From the NCBI GenBank assembly GCA_964348095.1, contig CAYGBK010000015.1:3840-67839 (forward strand): a stretch of DNA of 64,000 nucleotides. The letters are read 5' to 3'. The stretch comes from an uncultured Thermodesulfobacteriota bacterium. Lineage in GTDB: Bacteria; Desulfobacterota; BSN033; WVXP01. The translations under genes and the position numbers were made by a program. Of this stretch, positions 1-10,290 are shown in pieces. The notes beneath the pieces are model-generated. The model saw only the letters and a list, made by a program, of their open reading frames with translations, did not search any database and was not told the origin of the DNA. Position 1 is the first letter of the stretch. The number at the start of each line of letters is the position of its first letter.

Positions 1-429
1 ACTGCAGCTATCCAGGCTCGCTGGGTCCGGAGGGTAGAATAGGCCCTCTGATTCGACAGCCTCTTGGAGTTGCCCGGTGATGATTCCAGGCTCGGTGATC
101 ACCATGAGGTTCTCCCGATCAATGTCGATGATCCGGTCCATCCTCTCACAGGAAAGAACGATCCCACCATATAGGGGCAAAGCACCGCCACTGAGTCCTG
201 TCCCCAATCCGCGAGGGGTAAGGGGAACGTTTTCACTGTTTGCAAGACGAGCGATGTCGACGATTTCCCGTGGAGTGGCAGGCTTGACAACTACTTCTGG
301 GCGATGAGAGAGGCCCATCGTTTCATCGTGAGAATACTTGTCCAGCGATTCCTCATCGGTAAAGACGGCCTTGGCTCCCAAGATATCGGTCAAGCGCTTT
401 AAAACAGATTCGTTAACCTTACGATACAA
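1..429 (-). CDS. FAD-binding oxidoreductase, GlcD / D-lactate dehydrogenase-like (N-terminal part; C-terminus lies outside the window)
   Basis: The minus-strand frame reads ...LYRKVNESVLKRLTDILGAKAVFTDEESLDKYSHDET...PRGLGTGLSGGALPLYGGIVLS...FYPPDPASLDSCS, the typical FAD_binding_4 N-terminus (RGxGTGLSGGA). The frame is open to coordinate 1. No in-frame ATG; possible TTG start near 429, preceded by GGGGAA. Confidence 0.55.
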   Translation of the reverse strand, partial: MYRKVNESVLKRLTDILGAKAVFTDEESLDKYSHDETMGLSHRPEVVVKPATPREIVDIARLANSENVPLTPRGLGTGLSGGALPLYGGIVLSCERMDRIIDIDRENLMVITEPGIITGQLQEAVESEGLFYPPDPASLDSCS

Positions 430-679
430 TCGCCATTCCCCAGTTCGTCCGAGCTGGATTTGAAAGTCCCATATACCACATTTCTGCGGCCAGGTCCATT
501 CTCCGACCGGTCACTTTCCGGTGAATTGGGGCTATGAGCTCTCTGTTCTACTCGAGCTGCTTCTCGTCAAATATTACTTTTCCGGTTCCCATGGGTGCCA
601 CATTCGTGCCATAATCGATGAGGGGGTGACTCGATTACGCGTTAGGGTACGTGTAAGAGCGATGTGAAAGGATGGAGAC

Positions 680-1732
680 GTGGTCATCCGCGACGCAACA
701 CCTGACGACAATGAGGTGCTCCAGAAGCTGCAGGCGACATGTCCACAAGGCACGTCGGTCCTCGTGTCTATTGTCAACATACCCGACTTTTTTGCACGGG
801 CCAAAACCTATGAGTCTCACCGGGTCTTTGTCGCCTGTGCCGATACCGGGATTATCGGATCAGCTGCGGTAGGGGTGCGTGACGCCATCGTGAACGGCGA
901 AACCCAGCGAGTCGGATACGAGTTCCAGTTTTTCACCGCTCCCGACCACCGAAGAAAGGGCGTTGGACAGGCCCTTCATCGGCATATCGAAGACTACCTC
1001 GTAAGCCAAAAGGCGGCTCTATCTTATCTTTTCGTCATGGCGGGGAACGCTGCCCCTCAGCGGCTCTTTGAGCGTGAGGGTTTCAGACTGCACCGCACAG
1101 TTGCCATGCCGATAATTCTGGTATACAAGAAGATGGGTGTGAATTCCAAAGCGAAGATGAGGCCGATTACCTCCAGAGATTTCCCTATCGTGGCCAGGCT
1201 GATGAATGAGACGTGGACGGGGTATGATTTCTACGAACCAAAGTCGGCCCGCGGATTGGCCCAGTTCATTGATTGCACACCCGCATATAGTCTTGACCAA
1301 TTAATGGTCCTGGAGGATGAGGGCGAGATCATTGCTTGTCTGGGTTTTTGGGACTGGAGTCAAATTGCGCGAATTACGGTCAGGGCGGTCAGTGGGCAGC
1401 TGAAAATTATTGGGCTCATGACGACCCTACTTCGTCCCATTTGGTCGATGCCGCGAATTCCCAAAGCCGGGACAATCATGAAACAGTGGTGCTTGACACC
1501 GATCGCCTATAGGGCCCCCGAGCACCTGATACCACTCATTCGATACATAAACAACCTTGCTATGAACAGGGGCATTGAGCAGATCTATTTCATTTCTGAG
1601 CGAAATGATCCACTGCTCCGTTGTCTGAAAGGACTGTTCCATCGGGATGTGGCCTTGCACCTGTATATTAAATCGCTTCAGAAGATCCTGGTCGGCGACA
1701 ATCGAATCTTTCTCGATGGGATTGACCTTTAG
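680..1732 (+). CDS. GNAT family N-acetyltransferase (two-domain, 350 aa)
   Basis: GTG start preceded by AAAGGATGGAG. GNAT motif A (QRVGYEFQFF...HRRKGVGQALHRHIEDYL). Too long for a single GNAT fold, so the C-terminal half is probably a second acyltransferase-like domain. Confidence 0.6.
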   Translation: MVIRDATPDDNEVLQKLQATCPQGTSVLVSIVNIPDFFARAKTYESHRVFVACADTGIIGSAAVGVRDAIVNGETQRVGYEFQFFTAPDHRRKGVGQALHRHIEDYLVSQKAALSYLFVMAGNAAPQRLFEREGFRLHRTVAMPIILVYKKMGVNSKAKMRPITSRDFPIVARLMNETWTGYDFYEPKSARGLAQFIDCTPAYSLDQLMVLEDEGEIIACLGFWDWSQIARITVRAVSGQLKIIGLMTTLLRPIWSMPRIPKAGTIMKQWCLTPIAYRAPEHLIPLIRYINNLAMNRGIEQIYFISERNDPLLRCLKGLFHRDVALHLYIKSLQKILVGDNRIFLDGIDL

Positions 1733-1881
1733 CAAACGATAGGCGTGCCGGCGCACGGGGGAGGGCGATTATTCGCTTCATCTCTCGATACACAAAGCAG
1801 TGCATGCAATTAGTTCGACGACTCGGTGTGGTGAAACGAACGGCTTTGCCATAGATTCTGGTTCGGAAAGGAGGGCTAAAC

Positions 1882-3111
1882 ATGTTTGATCTTCTTCTGT
1901 CCGAGGAGGAAAGGTCCCTCAAGAAAGAAACGAGGAGATTCGCCAAAAAGGGGGTCTCAAGTGCCCTTATTCGGAAAATGGACGCAGAAGAGGTCCGTTA
2001 TCCACGGGAGTTTATTGAAAAAGCAGCTGCCCAAAATCTGCTCGGTCTGCGATTCCCCGAGCAGTGGGGTGGCAGGGGATTGAAATGGACGGCTGAGGTT
2101 GCTGCTCTGGAGGAGTTGGGCGTTTTGGGATCCAGCCTCATCTGCCTCTATTCTCTCGTCAGTATCGTCGGAGAAGCGATTGATGCCTTCGGAACAGAGG
2201 ATCAGAAAGAGAGATATCTTAAGCCGACCCTTGAGGGTAGGCTCTGCTGTGCAGAGGCTCTCACCGAACCGAGAGGGGGATCGGATTTCTTCGGGGCAAC
2301 GACCATAGCCCGAAAGGATGGGACGGACTATGTCCTGGATGGGCAAAAGCGCTTCGTGGTCGGCGCTGAGGGGGCCGACTATTTTCTGGTCTATGCAAAG
2401 ACCGATCCCGATGCTCACCCTCACAAGTCGATTTCTGCTTTCCTTGTCGATCGAGACGGGGGAGTGGAGGTCAAACATGTGTATGGCCTTCTCGGATCAC
2501 GGGGTGGCGGGACCGGGAGAATATACTTTCAGGATACAAGAGTTCCTGCGAGGAACCTCGTTGGTCCTGAACATGGCGGGGCTATTGTTTTTAATCGGAT
2601 GATGATCCCCGAGAGACTCACAACGGCGGCGGGTTGCCTCGGTATGGCCCGATGTTGCCTCGAAGTGGCAACGCGCTATAGCGATCGGAGAAAGGCCTTT
2701 GGGGATTTCATCCGCCGATTTCAGGCCGTGAGCTTCAAAGTGGCTGATTCTGTCGCGCGACTCGATGCGGCCCGGAGTCTCGTTTACGTAGCGGCCCGGC
2801 ACGTGGATGACGGCCTCGATTCAAGACGGATCGTCTCAGAAGCTAAGAAGACCTCAACCGAGATGCTCTGGTCGGTCGTGAACGACTGCATGCAGGTCAT
2901 GGGGGGCATAGGCTATACCAACGTCTATCCGATAGAGCGATTTCTCAGAGACGCCCGTCTTCAGATGATCTGGACTGGTACGAATGAGGTCATGAACCTC
3001 CTCATTCAACACGAATACTATAAGGAGCTCCTCGGGGGAAAAGACGATGTGAGGGAAGTGGAGATGGACGCCATGGACGAGGAGGGGGAGGAAGAAAAGG
3101 TTTTTGAATAA
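1882..3111 (+). CDS. acyl-CoA dehydrogenase
   Basis: RBS GGAAAGGAGGG. ACAD signatures TEPRGGSDF and QVMGGIGY. Length 409 aa. Confidence 0.85.
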   Translation: MFDLLLSEEERSLKKETRRFAKKGVSSALIRKMDAEEVRYPREFIEKAAAQNLLGLRFPEQWGGRGLKWTAEVAALEELGVLGSSLICLYSLVSIVGEAIDAFGTEDQKERYLKPTLEGRLCCAEALTEPRGGSDFFGATTIARKDGTDYVLDGQKRFVVGAEGADYFLVYAKTDPDAHPHKSISAFLVDRDGGVEVKHVYGLLGSRGGGTGRIYFQDTRVPARNLVGPEHGGAIVFNRMMIPERLTTAAGCLGMARCCLEVATRYSDRRKAFGDFIRRFQAVSFKVADSVARLDAARSLVYVAARHVDDGLDSRRIVSEAKKTSTEMLWSVVNDCMQVMGGIGYTNVYPIERFLRDARLQMIWTGTNEVMNLLIQHEYYKELLGGKDDVREVEMDAMDEEGEEEKVFE

Positions 3112-3153
3112 GAAACGGTACGAGATTTCACAACCTGCGCAGGAGAATACGAG

Positions 3154-5331
3154 GTGTTCGGTTATCGCAGAAACACTGGTTTTCGAAGATACCTGAGACT
3201 GGCTAAAAACACGCTGAACAACAACTGGACGGGAAGCTACACAAAACCCTCGCCCAGACTCTATCCTCACCAGTGGAACTGGGATTCAGGTTTCATTGCC
3301 ATCGGCTATTCCCATTATGATCAAAGACGGGCACAAAAGGAAATAATGTCTCTTTTCAAGGCACAGTGGCCCAATGGAATGTTACCCCAGATCGTTTTCA
3401 ACGCCCGTGCCCTGGGGAACTATTTCCCTGAACCCGATTTCTGGCAGATACCTGGGGGCGGACTGACCAGTGGTATCACTATGCCACCGCTTCACGCGAC
3501 GGCATGCCTCCGTATCTACCAGTACGCGAGGCAGAGTGATGAAGCACGGAGTTTCTTGACAACCATGTATCCAAAACTGGTGGCCTCTCACCGGTATCTC
3601 TACCAGAGCAGGGATCCGAAAAAGACGGGCCTTGCATATATCAGACATCCTTGGGAATCAGGCCTGGATAATTCCCCAACATGGGATAGCCCTCTCGAGA
3701 AGATGAGGATCGACAAAAAGGCCCTTCCACCATATGAACGGAAGGACCTTAACCACGGGATCCCTGCTGAACAGCGTCCCAGTGATGACCACTACGATCG
3801 ATACGTTTACCTTGTCGATCTTTTTCGGAGGTATCGATACGACGAAGGGTCGATCTACCGGGAATCTCCATTTCTTGTTCAGGATGTGTTGTTCAACTCG
3901 GTTCTGTCAAGAGCTAACCGTGATCTGTCGGAAATAGGGAAAATACTGAAGATGGATACGGGAGAGGTGAAAGAATGGACAACCGAGACGACTCGTGCCC
4001 TTCGTCAGAATCTCTGGTGTGAGAATTGTAGCCACTTCGAGGCATTCGATCTTGTCCAGGAGGAGTTCATCCATACGTCAACGGTTGCCACCTTCATGCC
4101 TTTGTTCGGTCGGGCCGCCTCAACCGCCCAGGCGGAGCGCCTCTATGAGTATCTCAACTCAATCGCCTTTTGCGAATTGCACCAGGGTAACTGTTTTACC
4201 GTGCCGACACATGACATGACCCAAAAGGGCTATGATCCCCAGAATTACTGGCGGGGACCGATCTGGATCAATATTAACTGGATGCTCTCCCAGGGTCTCC
4301 AGGCATATGGCTACAGGGAAAAGACCGACGCCATGAAAAAAGACTTGGCTCAGCTTCCGATCCGGTTCGGTTTTCACGAATACTTTGACTCCCAGACAGG
4401 GGAAGGCTACGGCTCTGACAATTTCTCTTGGACGGCGGCACTCCTCATCGACCTCATCAGCGACTATTATGAAGAGGACAGAAATCGGTTTGGCTGGTTT
4501 GGATTGGGTGGCGTTCGTCGGCTGAAGCGATGCCGAATCCTCAACGCTATCGATGGTGTCAGATCCGACACAATGGCTGACGTTGCATCCGCCCTGAAGG
4601 CTGGCTTAGGGGACCTCAAAGATAAATTCTTCGATATGAACAGAGGGCTGGTCGATTATGAATCGATGAAGAGATCTCCCGAGTATGCGGAATATCAGAA
4701 GAGGGTGACTCAACTCAAACAGTTTGATTTGGCCCAGCTCGTAACGCGGGAGCAGAAGTTGGCATTCTGGATTAACCTTTACAACGTCCTTGTGGTCCAT
4801 GGGATTGTTGACCTCGGTATCAGCGCATCGGTCAGGGAAGTCCCCGATTTCTTCCGCAACATTTCCTACCAAATCGGGGAGTTCTTGTTTTCTCCCGATG
4901 ACATAGAACACGGCGTTCTCAGGGGAAATGCCCGACCACCTTATGGGATCTTTTCTCGATTCAGAGGAGGCGATAGACGTCGACAGTTCATCCTAGACGA
5001 GGTCGATCCCAGAATCCATTTTGCCTTGGTGTGCGGCTCCCGGTCTTGTGCCCCAATTCGGTTCTACAAGGCAGACCATATCTATGATCAGCTGGATCTG
5101 GCAGCAAGGAATTTTATCAACAGTTCAGAAGTGATCATTTTGCCGGAGAAAGACAAGATTTTTTTATCACAGATTTTTCGTTGGTATGAAAGGGATTTTG
5201 GAGGGAAAAAGGGCGTGTTTCAGTTTCTCCTTCGATATCTCGATAGGGACGAGCGGTCGAGATTTCTCGAGAACCACATGGATCGAATAATCACTGAGTA
5301 CCTGTTCTACGACTGGAATCTGAACCATTGA
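3154..5331 (+). CDS. fusion of a GH63-like (glucosyl/mannosylglycerate hydrolase-type) glycoside hydrolase domain with a DUF547 domain
   Basis: N-terminal about 450 aa carries WNWDSGFIAIGY and HPWESGLDNSPTWD (GH63 / MGH-type acid motif). C-terminal about 250 aa carries LAFWINLYNVLVVHGIV, DPRIHFALVCGSRSCAPIRFY and SQIFRWYERDFGG, which are diagnostic of DUF547. Confidence 0.6.
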   Translation: MFGYRRNTGFRRYLRLAKNTLNNNWTGSYTKPSPRLYPHQWNWDSGFIAIGYSHYDQRRAQKEIMSLFKAQWPNGMLPQIVFNARALGNYFPEPDFWQIPGGGLTSGITMPPLHATACLRIYQYARQSDEARSFLTTMYPKLVASHRYLYQSRDPKKTGLAYIRHPWESGLDNSPTWDSPLEKMRIDKKALPPYERKDLNHGIPAEQRPSDDHYDRYVYLVDLFRRYRYDEGSIYRESPFLVQDVLFNSVLSRANRDLSEIGKILKMDTGEVKEWTTETTRALRQNLWCENCSHFEAFDLVQEEFIHTSTVATFMPLFGRAASTAQAERLYEYLNSIAFCELHQGNCFTVPTHDMTQKGYDPQNYWRGPIWININWMLSQGLQAYGYREKTDAMKKDLAQLPIRFGFHEYFDSQTGEGYGSDNFSWTAALLIDLISDYYEEDRNRFGWFGLGGVRRLKRCRILNAIDGVRSDTMADVASALKAGLGDLKDKFFDMNRGLVDYESMKRSPEYAEYQKRVTQLKQFDLAQLVTREQKLAFWINLYNVLVVHGIVDLGISASVREVPDFFRNISYQIGEFLFSPDDIEHGVLRGNARPPYGIFSRFRGGDRRRQFILDEVDPRIHFALVCGSRSCAPIRFYKADHIYDQLDLAARNFINSSEVIILPEKDKIFLSQIFRWYERDFGGKKGVFQFLLRYLDRDERSRFLENHMDRIITEYLFYDWNLNH

Positions 5332-5385
5332 CAGGCGACTGTGTCTCTCCCCTTATGCGGTTTAGATCGATGATTTGGCCAGCAC

Positions 5386-6447
5386 TTATGGTTCACGAGG
5401 AAACTTTTCTTCTCGAATGACCGATATCGGCTTGCCAGTCCTGGCCTCAACCAGATGGTTCCTCACGACCCTAAGAATCTTTTTTGAAAAGACCTTTCCG
5501 GCAATTTCGTCTATTGCCTCTTGTGTTATCTTTTGAAATTCCTCCAGTTCTTGAGGGGAAAGCTCTACCAACTTGATGCCCTCCCGAGTCATCACCTCGA
5601 GTGCCTCTTCGTTGTCCCCTCGGCTTTCGGCATTAATGGGGGCGACGTGTTTTTGGAACGACTCTTTGAGGACCCCCTGGTGTTCCTGAGGGATACGATC
5701 GAATGCCTTCTGAGTCATGACAACCGCACCCATGGAGAAACTCAGGGGCGCTCGAGTGATGTACTTGACTTTGGTGAACCACTGAAGAGCAACGGCCCCA
5801 AAAGGCGTGCTGTAGATGACATCGACTAGCCCCGTCTGAAGGGCCAGCAGGACATCTGAGATTCCCAAAGGAACGGGTGAAACGCCTGCTTTCTCGAAAA
5901 CGGCCTGACTCATTGGATCGCCTTCAGGCATCCACACCTTCGCATTGCGAACGGCTCCCACGCTTGACATGGGTTTGTTTGACATCATGTAAATGAAACC
6001 AATCTCTGACCAGCCGAGAAGAATATATCCCTTCTTTTCCAGAATCTTTTCGAAACGGGTTGAGGTCTTGGACAAGACATGGTCTACTTCTTCATAGGTC
6101 TGGAAAAGAAAGGGAGTTCCCAATACCTGGAGCTCTTTGTCAATCTCACCTACGCCCAGACCGGTAAGCCCAGCAATGTGAATCTGACCAATCCGCATCT
6201 TTCGTAACACAGTATGGTCGTCACCCATAACGCCGCCAGGATAGGCCCTCATTTTCACCGTCCCATCTGTTCGAGATAACAATTCACGGTTCGCCTGCTT
6301 GAAGGCCTTCATCCAAGGGCTGCCCTCTGGAGCCAGGGTGGCAAACTTTAAGATGATCTGCTTTTCCTCTGCGGACGCAGGAGGTGATAAAACCAGCAAG
6401 AGTCCTATCATCAAAAGAAACCAGAGAGCCATCTGTCGTGAAATCAT
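5386..6447 (-). CDS. TRAP transporter substrate-binding protein, DctP family (orphan; no Q/M partner nearby)
   Basis: Signal peptide followed by ILKFATLAPEGSPWMKAF...RAYPGGVMGDD...RIGQIHIAGLTG. Close paralog of the TatP/DctP at 47453..48466. Confidence 0.85.
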   Translation of the reverse strand: MISRQMALWFLLMIGLLLVLSPPASAEEKQIILKFATLAPEGSPWMKAFKQANRELLSRTDGTVKMRAYPGGVMGDDHTVLRKMRIGQIHIAGLTGLGVGEIDKELQVLGTPFLFQTYEEVDHVLSKTSTRFEKILEKKGYILLGWSEIGFIYMMSNKPMSSVGAVRNAKVWMPEGDPMSQAVFEKAGVSPVPLGISDVLLALQTGLVDVIYSTPFGAVALQWFTKVKYITRAPLSFSMGAVVMTQKAFDRIPQEHQGVLKESFQKHVAPINAESRGDNEEALEVMTREGIKLVELSPQELEEFQKITQEAIDEIAGKVFSKKILRVVRNHLVEARTGKPISVIREEKFPREP

Positions 6448-6779
6448 GGCAACCTCCCCCCGGAGAAGTCTGACGATAAACGGCTGGGTTAAAGCAGAGG
6501 TCTGAAGAATCTTACGGCCTCATGCACACACACCCTCGGCCGACGGGCGAACTCAACCATTGCTTCGGACCCCGAATGCTAACCGGTAAATGCATCGTCG
6601 TCTCCTGAGACTACATAGATTCGCATAGGAAATTCAAGCCATAATGAGACCTTGTTGATGATATCTCTGGCCCTTGTGAGCCCAGCAACCGAGGCAGCCA
6701 TGACTAACGCCGCCGCGCCCACACAGACTCTCTCATATAATTTATAACGCTTCACCTCTATTTTCAGCCGCCTTTGCTA

Positions 6780-6945
6780 TGATAAAGGGAACTGATTCAT
6801 TCTTATATAATTTTGTAAATCGACTAAATTAGTTAATATAATTAGAAAATTATATACAGAATCATAATTAATTTTACAATAAAGTGGAAATATGTTATAT
6901 TTATTTAGGTAAGAAAGATCGCCGGTTCCTCATACGGAGGAATTC
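6780..6945. promoter_or_regulatory. strongly AT-rich tract (about 20% GC) upstream of the serine protease gene; probable promoter / curved-DNA / nucleoid-protein binding region
   Basis: Runs of ATAATTA-like repeats (tatataatttt, ttaatataattag, aattatatac, ataattaatttt) in a genome of about 52% GC, directly 5' of the RBS GGAGG and ATG at 6948. Confidence 0.35.
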
Positions 6946-6947
6946 AC

Positions 6948-7946
6948 ATGTTTGTTTCTCGGCCTGGGTCCGCATCATTGACCACAATGCGACGAGGCTT
7001 TTCAGTCTCTAAAGCCATTGCCTCGATCCTGCTCGCTACGCTCCTGCTCGTCACGCTGCAAAACTGTGTGGCGTGGAGAGACGACCTTTCTTCTGTGGAA
7101 AACAAAGCATCGAAGATTGAGGAGAATCTGGAGCAGTTGCACAGGGAGATGGAGCAGAGGTTTGCCCTCTTAGAAAACCGAGACGGTCGGTACGACTATA
7201 ACAATGTTCTGCTCGCCAATCGGCGTGTGTTGGATCGGGTCATCGATTCAATCGTTAGAATCCATACAGAGACTCTTTTTGAGGCCAGCCACGCATCCGA
7301 GCCAGTACCGAGAGATTCAAGAGGTGTGGGGATTGTCTTTGGCTCGTACGTCCTCACTCTCAATCACGTGGTGACACAGAAAAGCCTCGAGGCCGATACC
7401 CCCTTTGGAAGGATCACCCTTCCCTCGACTAAACTTGAGGAGAAGACCTATCTTGTTTCCAGCGAAAGCAGGCTCATCTTGAAAGCGGTCTTGAAGGACC
7501 CGCAACTAGACATTGCCTTGTTTGAAATTCCCGCGAATAATCTGAATCTCGGCTCCCTTGACTGTCCCGTTGGAAATAGCGATGAACTGACGGTGGGGAC
7601 TTTTCTTTATATTATTGGGAATCCCCTCAACTCGGGAGTCAACACGAGGGAAGGGATCGTCAGTGCCGTTTTGGGTCTGCAAGGCACAGAAATATCGACC
7701 CGACGAAGCGATCTCTTCGTGATCTCAAATGGCGTCCTACCCGGTGACAGTGGCGCCCCAGTTCTAGCTTTGAGAGACGGTGTACCTGAATTGGTAGGCC
7801 TTGTCCAGGGAACTGTCGGCAGTACAAGGATAGGGTGGGCTATCAAGATCAATTCGATCCGAGAGGCATTGTCCCAGTTCCTCGGCGAGGATCTCTGTGT
7901 GGGTCAACACGCAGTTGCCTATCAAAATCGAGACGATCCGTCCTAA
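6948..7946 (+). CDS. trypsin-like (S1 family) serine protease with N-terminal membrane anchor/signal and coiled-coil
   Basis: Catalytic triad contexts TLNHVV (His), LDIALFEI (Asp) and LPGDSGAPV (Ser). RBS ACGGAGGAAT. Confidence 0.7.
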   Translation: MFVSRPGSASLTTMRRGFSVSKAIASILLATLLLVTLQNCVAWRDDLSSVENKASKIEENLEQLHREMEQRFALLENRDGRYDYNNVLLANRRVLDRVIDSIVRIHTETLFEASHASEPVPRDSRGVGIVFGSYVLTLNHVVTQKSLEADTPFGRITLPSTKLEEKTYLVSSESRLILKAVLKDPQLDIALFEIPANNLNLGSLDCPVGNSDELTVGTFLYIIGNPLNSGVNTREGIVSAVLGLQGTEISTRRSDLFVISNGVLPGDSGAPVLALRDGVPELVGLVQGTVGSTRIGWAIKINSIREALSQFLGEDLCVGQHAVAYQNRDDPS

Positions 7947-8241
7947 ACACCACAGGTCGATACAGGGACCCTACCTTCGCCGTCCAAAGGTGAAAGTCAC
8001 AGGTCTTCTCCTACCATTGGCTGACGGCCGTCGAAGACCCTCCGCAAGGATGGACTCCCAGGTGATGGTCACAGGGTCACCGCTTACACGGGATGACACG
8101 AACCGTATCCAATCCCCTCGTCGAGGAACAGGACTAGGTAATCTCCTCTTCGAGAATTGTTTTTCCGCCCCCGGGTGGAATATTGGTCAATGGGAAGGAG
8201 AAGCAGCACCCACCTCATATCCGAAGCTTCCAATTATGGCA

Positions 8242-9114
8242 TCACCTTTCCTCCAGTAAACCAGCCACAGCGCGAATGTGATCCGGAGATGTTCCGCAAC
8301 ATCCACCGACAAGACGTGCACCGGCCCGAAAGCACTCGGCAATACCCGCCGCAAAGGTTGTTGGGTCCATTTCGTACCGTGTTACCTTGTCAACTAATTT
8401 GGGTTTGCCTGCATTGGGTTGTGCCACAATAGGCAGTGACGTTGCTGATTGAAGGACTGATACGACAACGCCCATCTGAAATGGATCGAGACTGCCGCAG
8501 TTGGCGCCGATACCATCTGCTCCCGTTGCCATGATCTTTTTCGCACACTCCTCTGCGGAGTTACCCATAATTGTTCTTCCCCCTTTTTCCTCTGTCGTGA
8601 ACGCCATCGAGACAATGACAGGAAGCAAAGAATTATCTCTACAGGCACGAAGCGCGCATAGCGCCTCCCGTAGATCAAACATAGTCTCAATGATAAATCC
8701 ATCCACACCACCTTCTGCCAGGATCTCAGCCTGCTCCTTGAACGCCTGGTAAAACTCTGACTCCTTGTAGGTCCCATAGGGTTCAAGAAGCTGCCCTGTC
8801 GAGCCGATATCTCCCAGCACATAATGATCGTTGTCAGCGGCCTGCTTTGCCAGTTCAGTTCCTGCTCGATTCACCTCCACCACTCCGACGTCAACATGAT
8901 GTGTCTCGATATAGAGGCGGTTCATTGCTAGGGTATTGGTAATCAGGGCATCACATCCACACTGAGCATATTCTCGATGGATCTCCAGCACCACCTGAGG
9001 GTTCGTCAGATTATTCTGACCCCCAGGTTTCAAACCACGCTTTTCCTGCCGAGTTCCCATCGCTCCGTCAAGGAGAATCCTCTTTTGAGTTTGGATGAAG
9101 GTTAGAAAATCCAC
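8242..9114 (-). CDS. homocysteine S-methyltransferase domain protein (stand-alone MetH-type Hcy-binding module)
   Basis: ILLDGAMGT near the N-terminus and the GGCCGTSPDHIRAV zinc-binding Cys cluster at the C-terminus (S-methyl_trans fold). 290 aa. Confidence 0.75.
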   Translation of the reverse strand: MDFLTFIQTQKRILLDGAMGTRQEKRGLKPGGQNNLTNPQVVLEIHREYAQCGCDALITNTLAMNRLYIETHHVDVGVVEVNRAGTELAKQAADNDHYVLGDIGSTGQLLEPYGTYKESEFYQAFKEQAEILAEGGVDGFIIETMFDLREALCALRACRDNSLLPVIVSMAFTTEEKGGRTIMGNSAEECAKKIMATGADGIGANCGSLDPFQMGVVVSVLQSATSLPIVAQPNAGKPKLVDKVTRYEMDPTTFAAGIAECFRAGARLVGGCCGTSPDHIRAVAGLLEER

Positions 9115-9775
9115 TCATGCCTCCCGTGCGTCGCGTCAAATAATCATATCACAAGTTCAGTCGCAAGTACCGAAATTGGCTGATCGTGGACCTATATGAG
9201 ATTTCAGGCGTAAATCAGTAGCGTCTGTACCAATCACTGACTCCAGATTTCATCTTGGACTGAACAGATTGGCAGAGAGAAGTAAGCCAAAATCATCCCT
9301 CTTTTCCTTGGCCAGAGAGAAGGATTCAGGAGACTGTTAGACCGATCCGCCATCTCAGGTCTGGCATTGGACAGGGTTTTTCATCACGGCGACTTATGCG
9401 TTGTGTCAATGGGACAAAAGAATGGGGGTTCTTATCTCAAATCTTTTTTTTTGGAATAATTTCACCGAAAGATTGTCTTAAATAAGACAGAAAGGAGGTG
9501 AAAGGTTCCATGAAGAGATTCGAAAGAAAAAGGGTAAGAAGGGGAGGCTATCTGTCTCCTTTCCGACGACGATCGCTGGCATATGACGAGCGAGCTTTTC
9601 TGAGTCACTCAAAGAAGGCTACATGGTGAGCATCCGCCGAAACTGGCCTTGACGGGCCGGTTTTTCACGCTGTATTCGGGGAGTTCCAGCGTGGTGAATC
9701 GGATTTTCGGGTTCAGGTCAACAATCAACAAAATCGATTGGAGGAGAAGATAGGAAAAAAAGACGTTCGACGATA

Positions 9776-10228
9776 TTGAGTTTGATCGTTCTACTCGGCG
9801 TGGCAACTGGTACGATTTACGCGCAAGGAGTATTGAAGCCAAGCACCAGTTCACCGGAGGAGGTAGTAGCGGCACGTAAATTCGCGATGCAAGTCATAGG
9901 GTCTAATGTTGGCGAAATTCGTGCAAAAATCAAGGCTGGAAACATAAAAGATGTTGCGGCTAATGCTGGAAGTATAGCCGCACTGGCCACTTTCCTGCCA
10001 CTTGTCTATAAGGAGGAGTATGACGAGGTCTATCCTGTAGCAGGATCTGAATACTTCTATAAGGCAGAAATACCTGATGTCGTGGCAGCCTTTGCGAACC
10101 TGAGAGTGCAGGCTGAAGAGCTCATGAAGTTTGCGGATGCGGGTGACAGATCCGGGGTTGAAACCCAAACACGTAACCTACTTGGTGCATGCGGAGGCTG
10201 TCACAAACCAGCCAGAGGAAAATATTAA
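9776..10228 (+). CDS. class II cytochrome c (cytochrome c'-like)
   Basis: Signal peptide. Single CGGCH heme site 10 residues from the C-terminus, the class II four-helix-bundle arrangement. About 150 aa. TTG start in the ORF track, so the N-terminus is uncertain. Confidence 0.6.
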   Translation: MSLIVLLGVATGTIYAQGVLKPSTSSPEEVVAARKFAMQVIGSNVGEIRAKIKAGNIKDVAANAGSIAALATFLPLVYKEEYDEVYPVAGSEYFYKAEIPDVVAAFANLRVQAEELMKFADAGDRSGVETQTRNLLGACGGCHKPARGKY

Positions 10229-10260
10229 TCCCTTCGACCAACAGCCTAAGATTAGCGGCG

Positions 10261-10290
10261 GAGCGGGGTGAGTCACCCCGCTCTTCTGCT
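10261..10290 (+). terminator. rho-independent terminator-like hairpin after the cytochrome c' gene
   Basis: Perfect inverted repeat GAGCGGGGTGA-G-TCACCCCGCTC followed by TTCTGCT. Confidence 0.45.

Noticed and set aside
574-872. Short ORFs (76, 61, 66 aa) around the start of the GNAT gene
   Set aside because: They overlap the GlcD-like 5' region and the GNAT start in other frames. No motifs.
8394-8822. 142-aa minus-strand ORF
   Set aside because: Out-of-frame overlap with the homocysteine methyltransferase gene. Arg/Ser-rich artefact.
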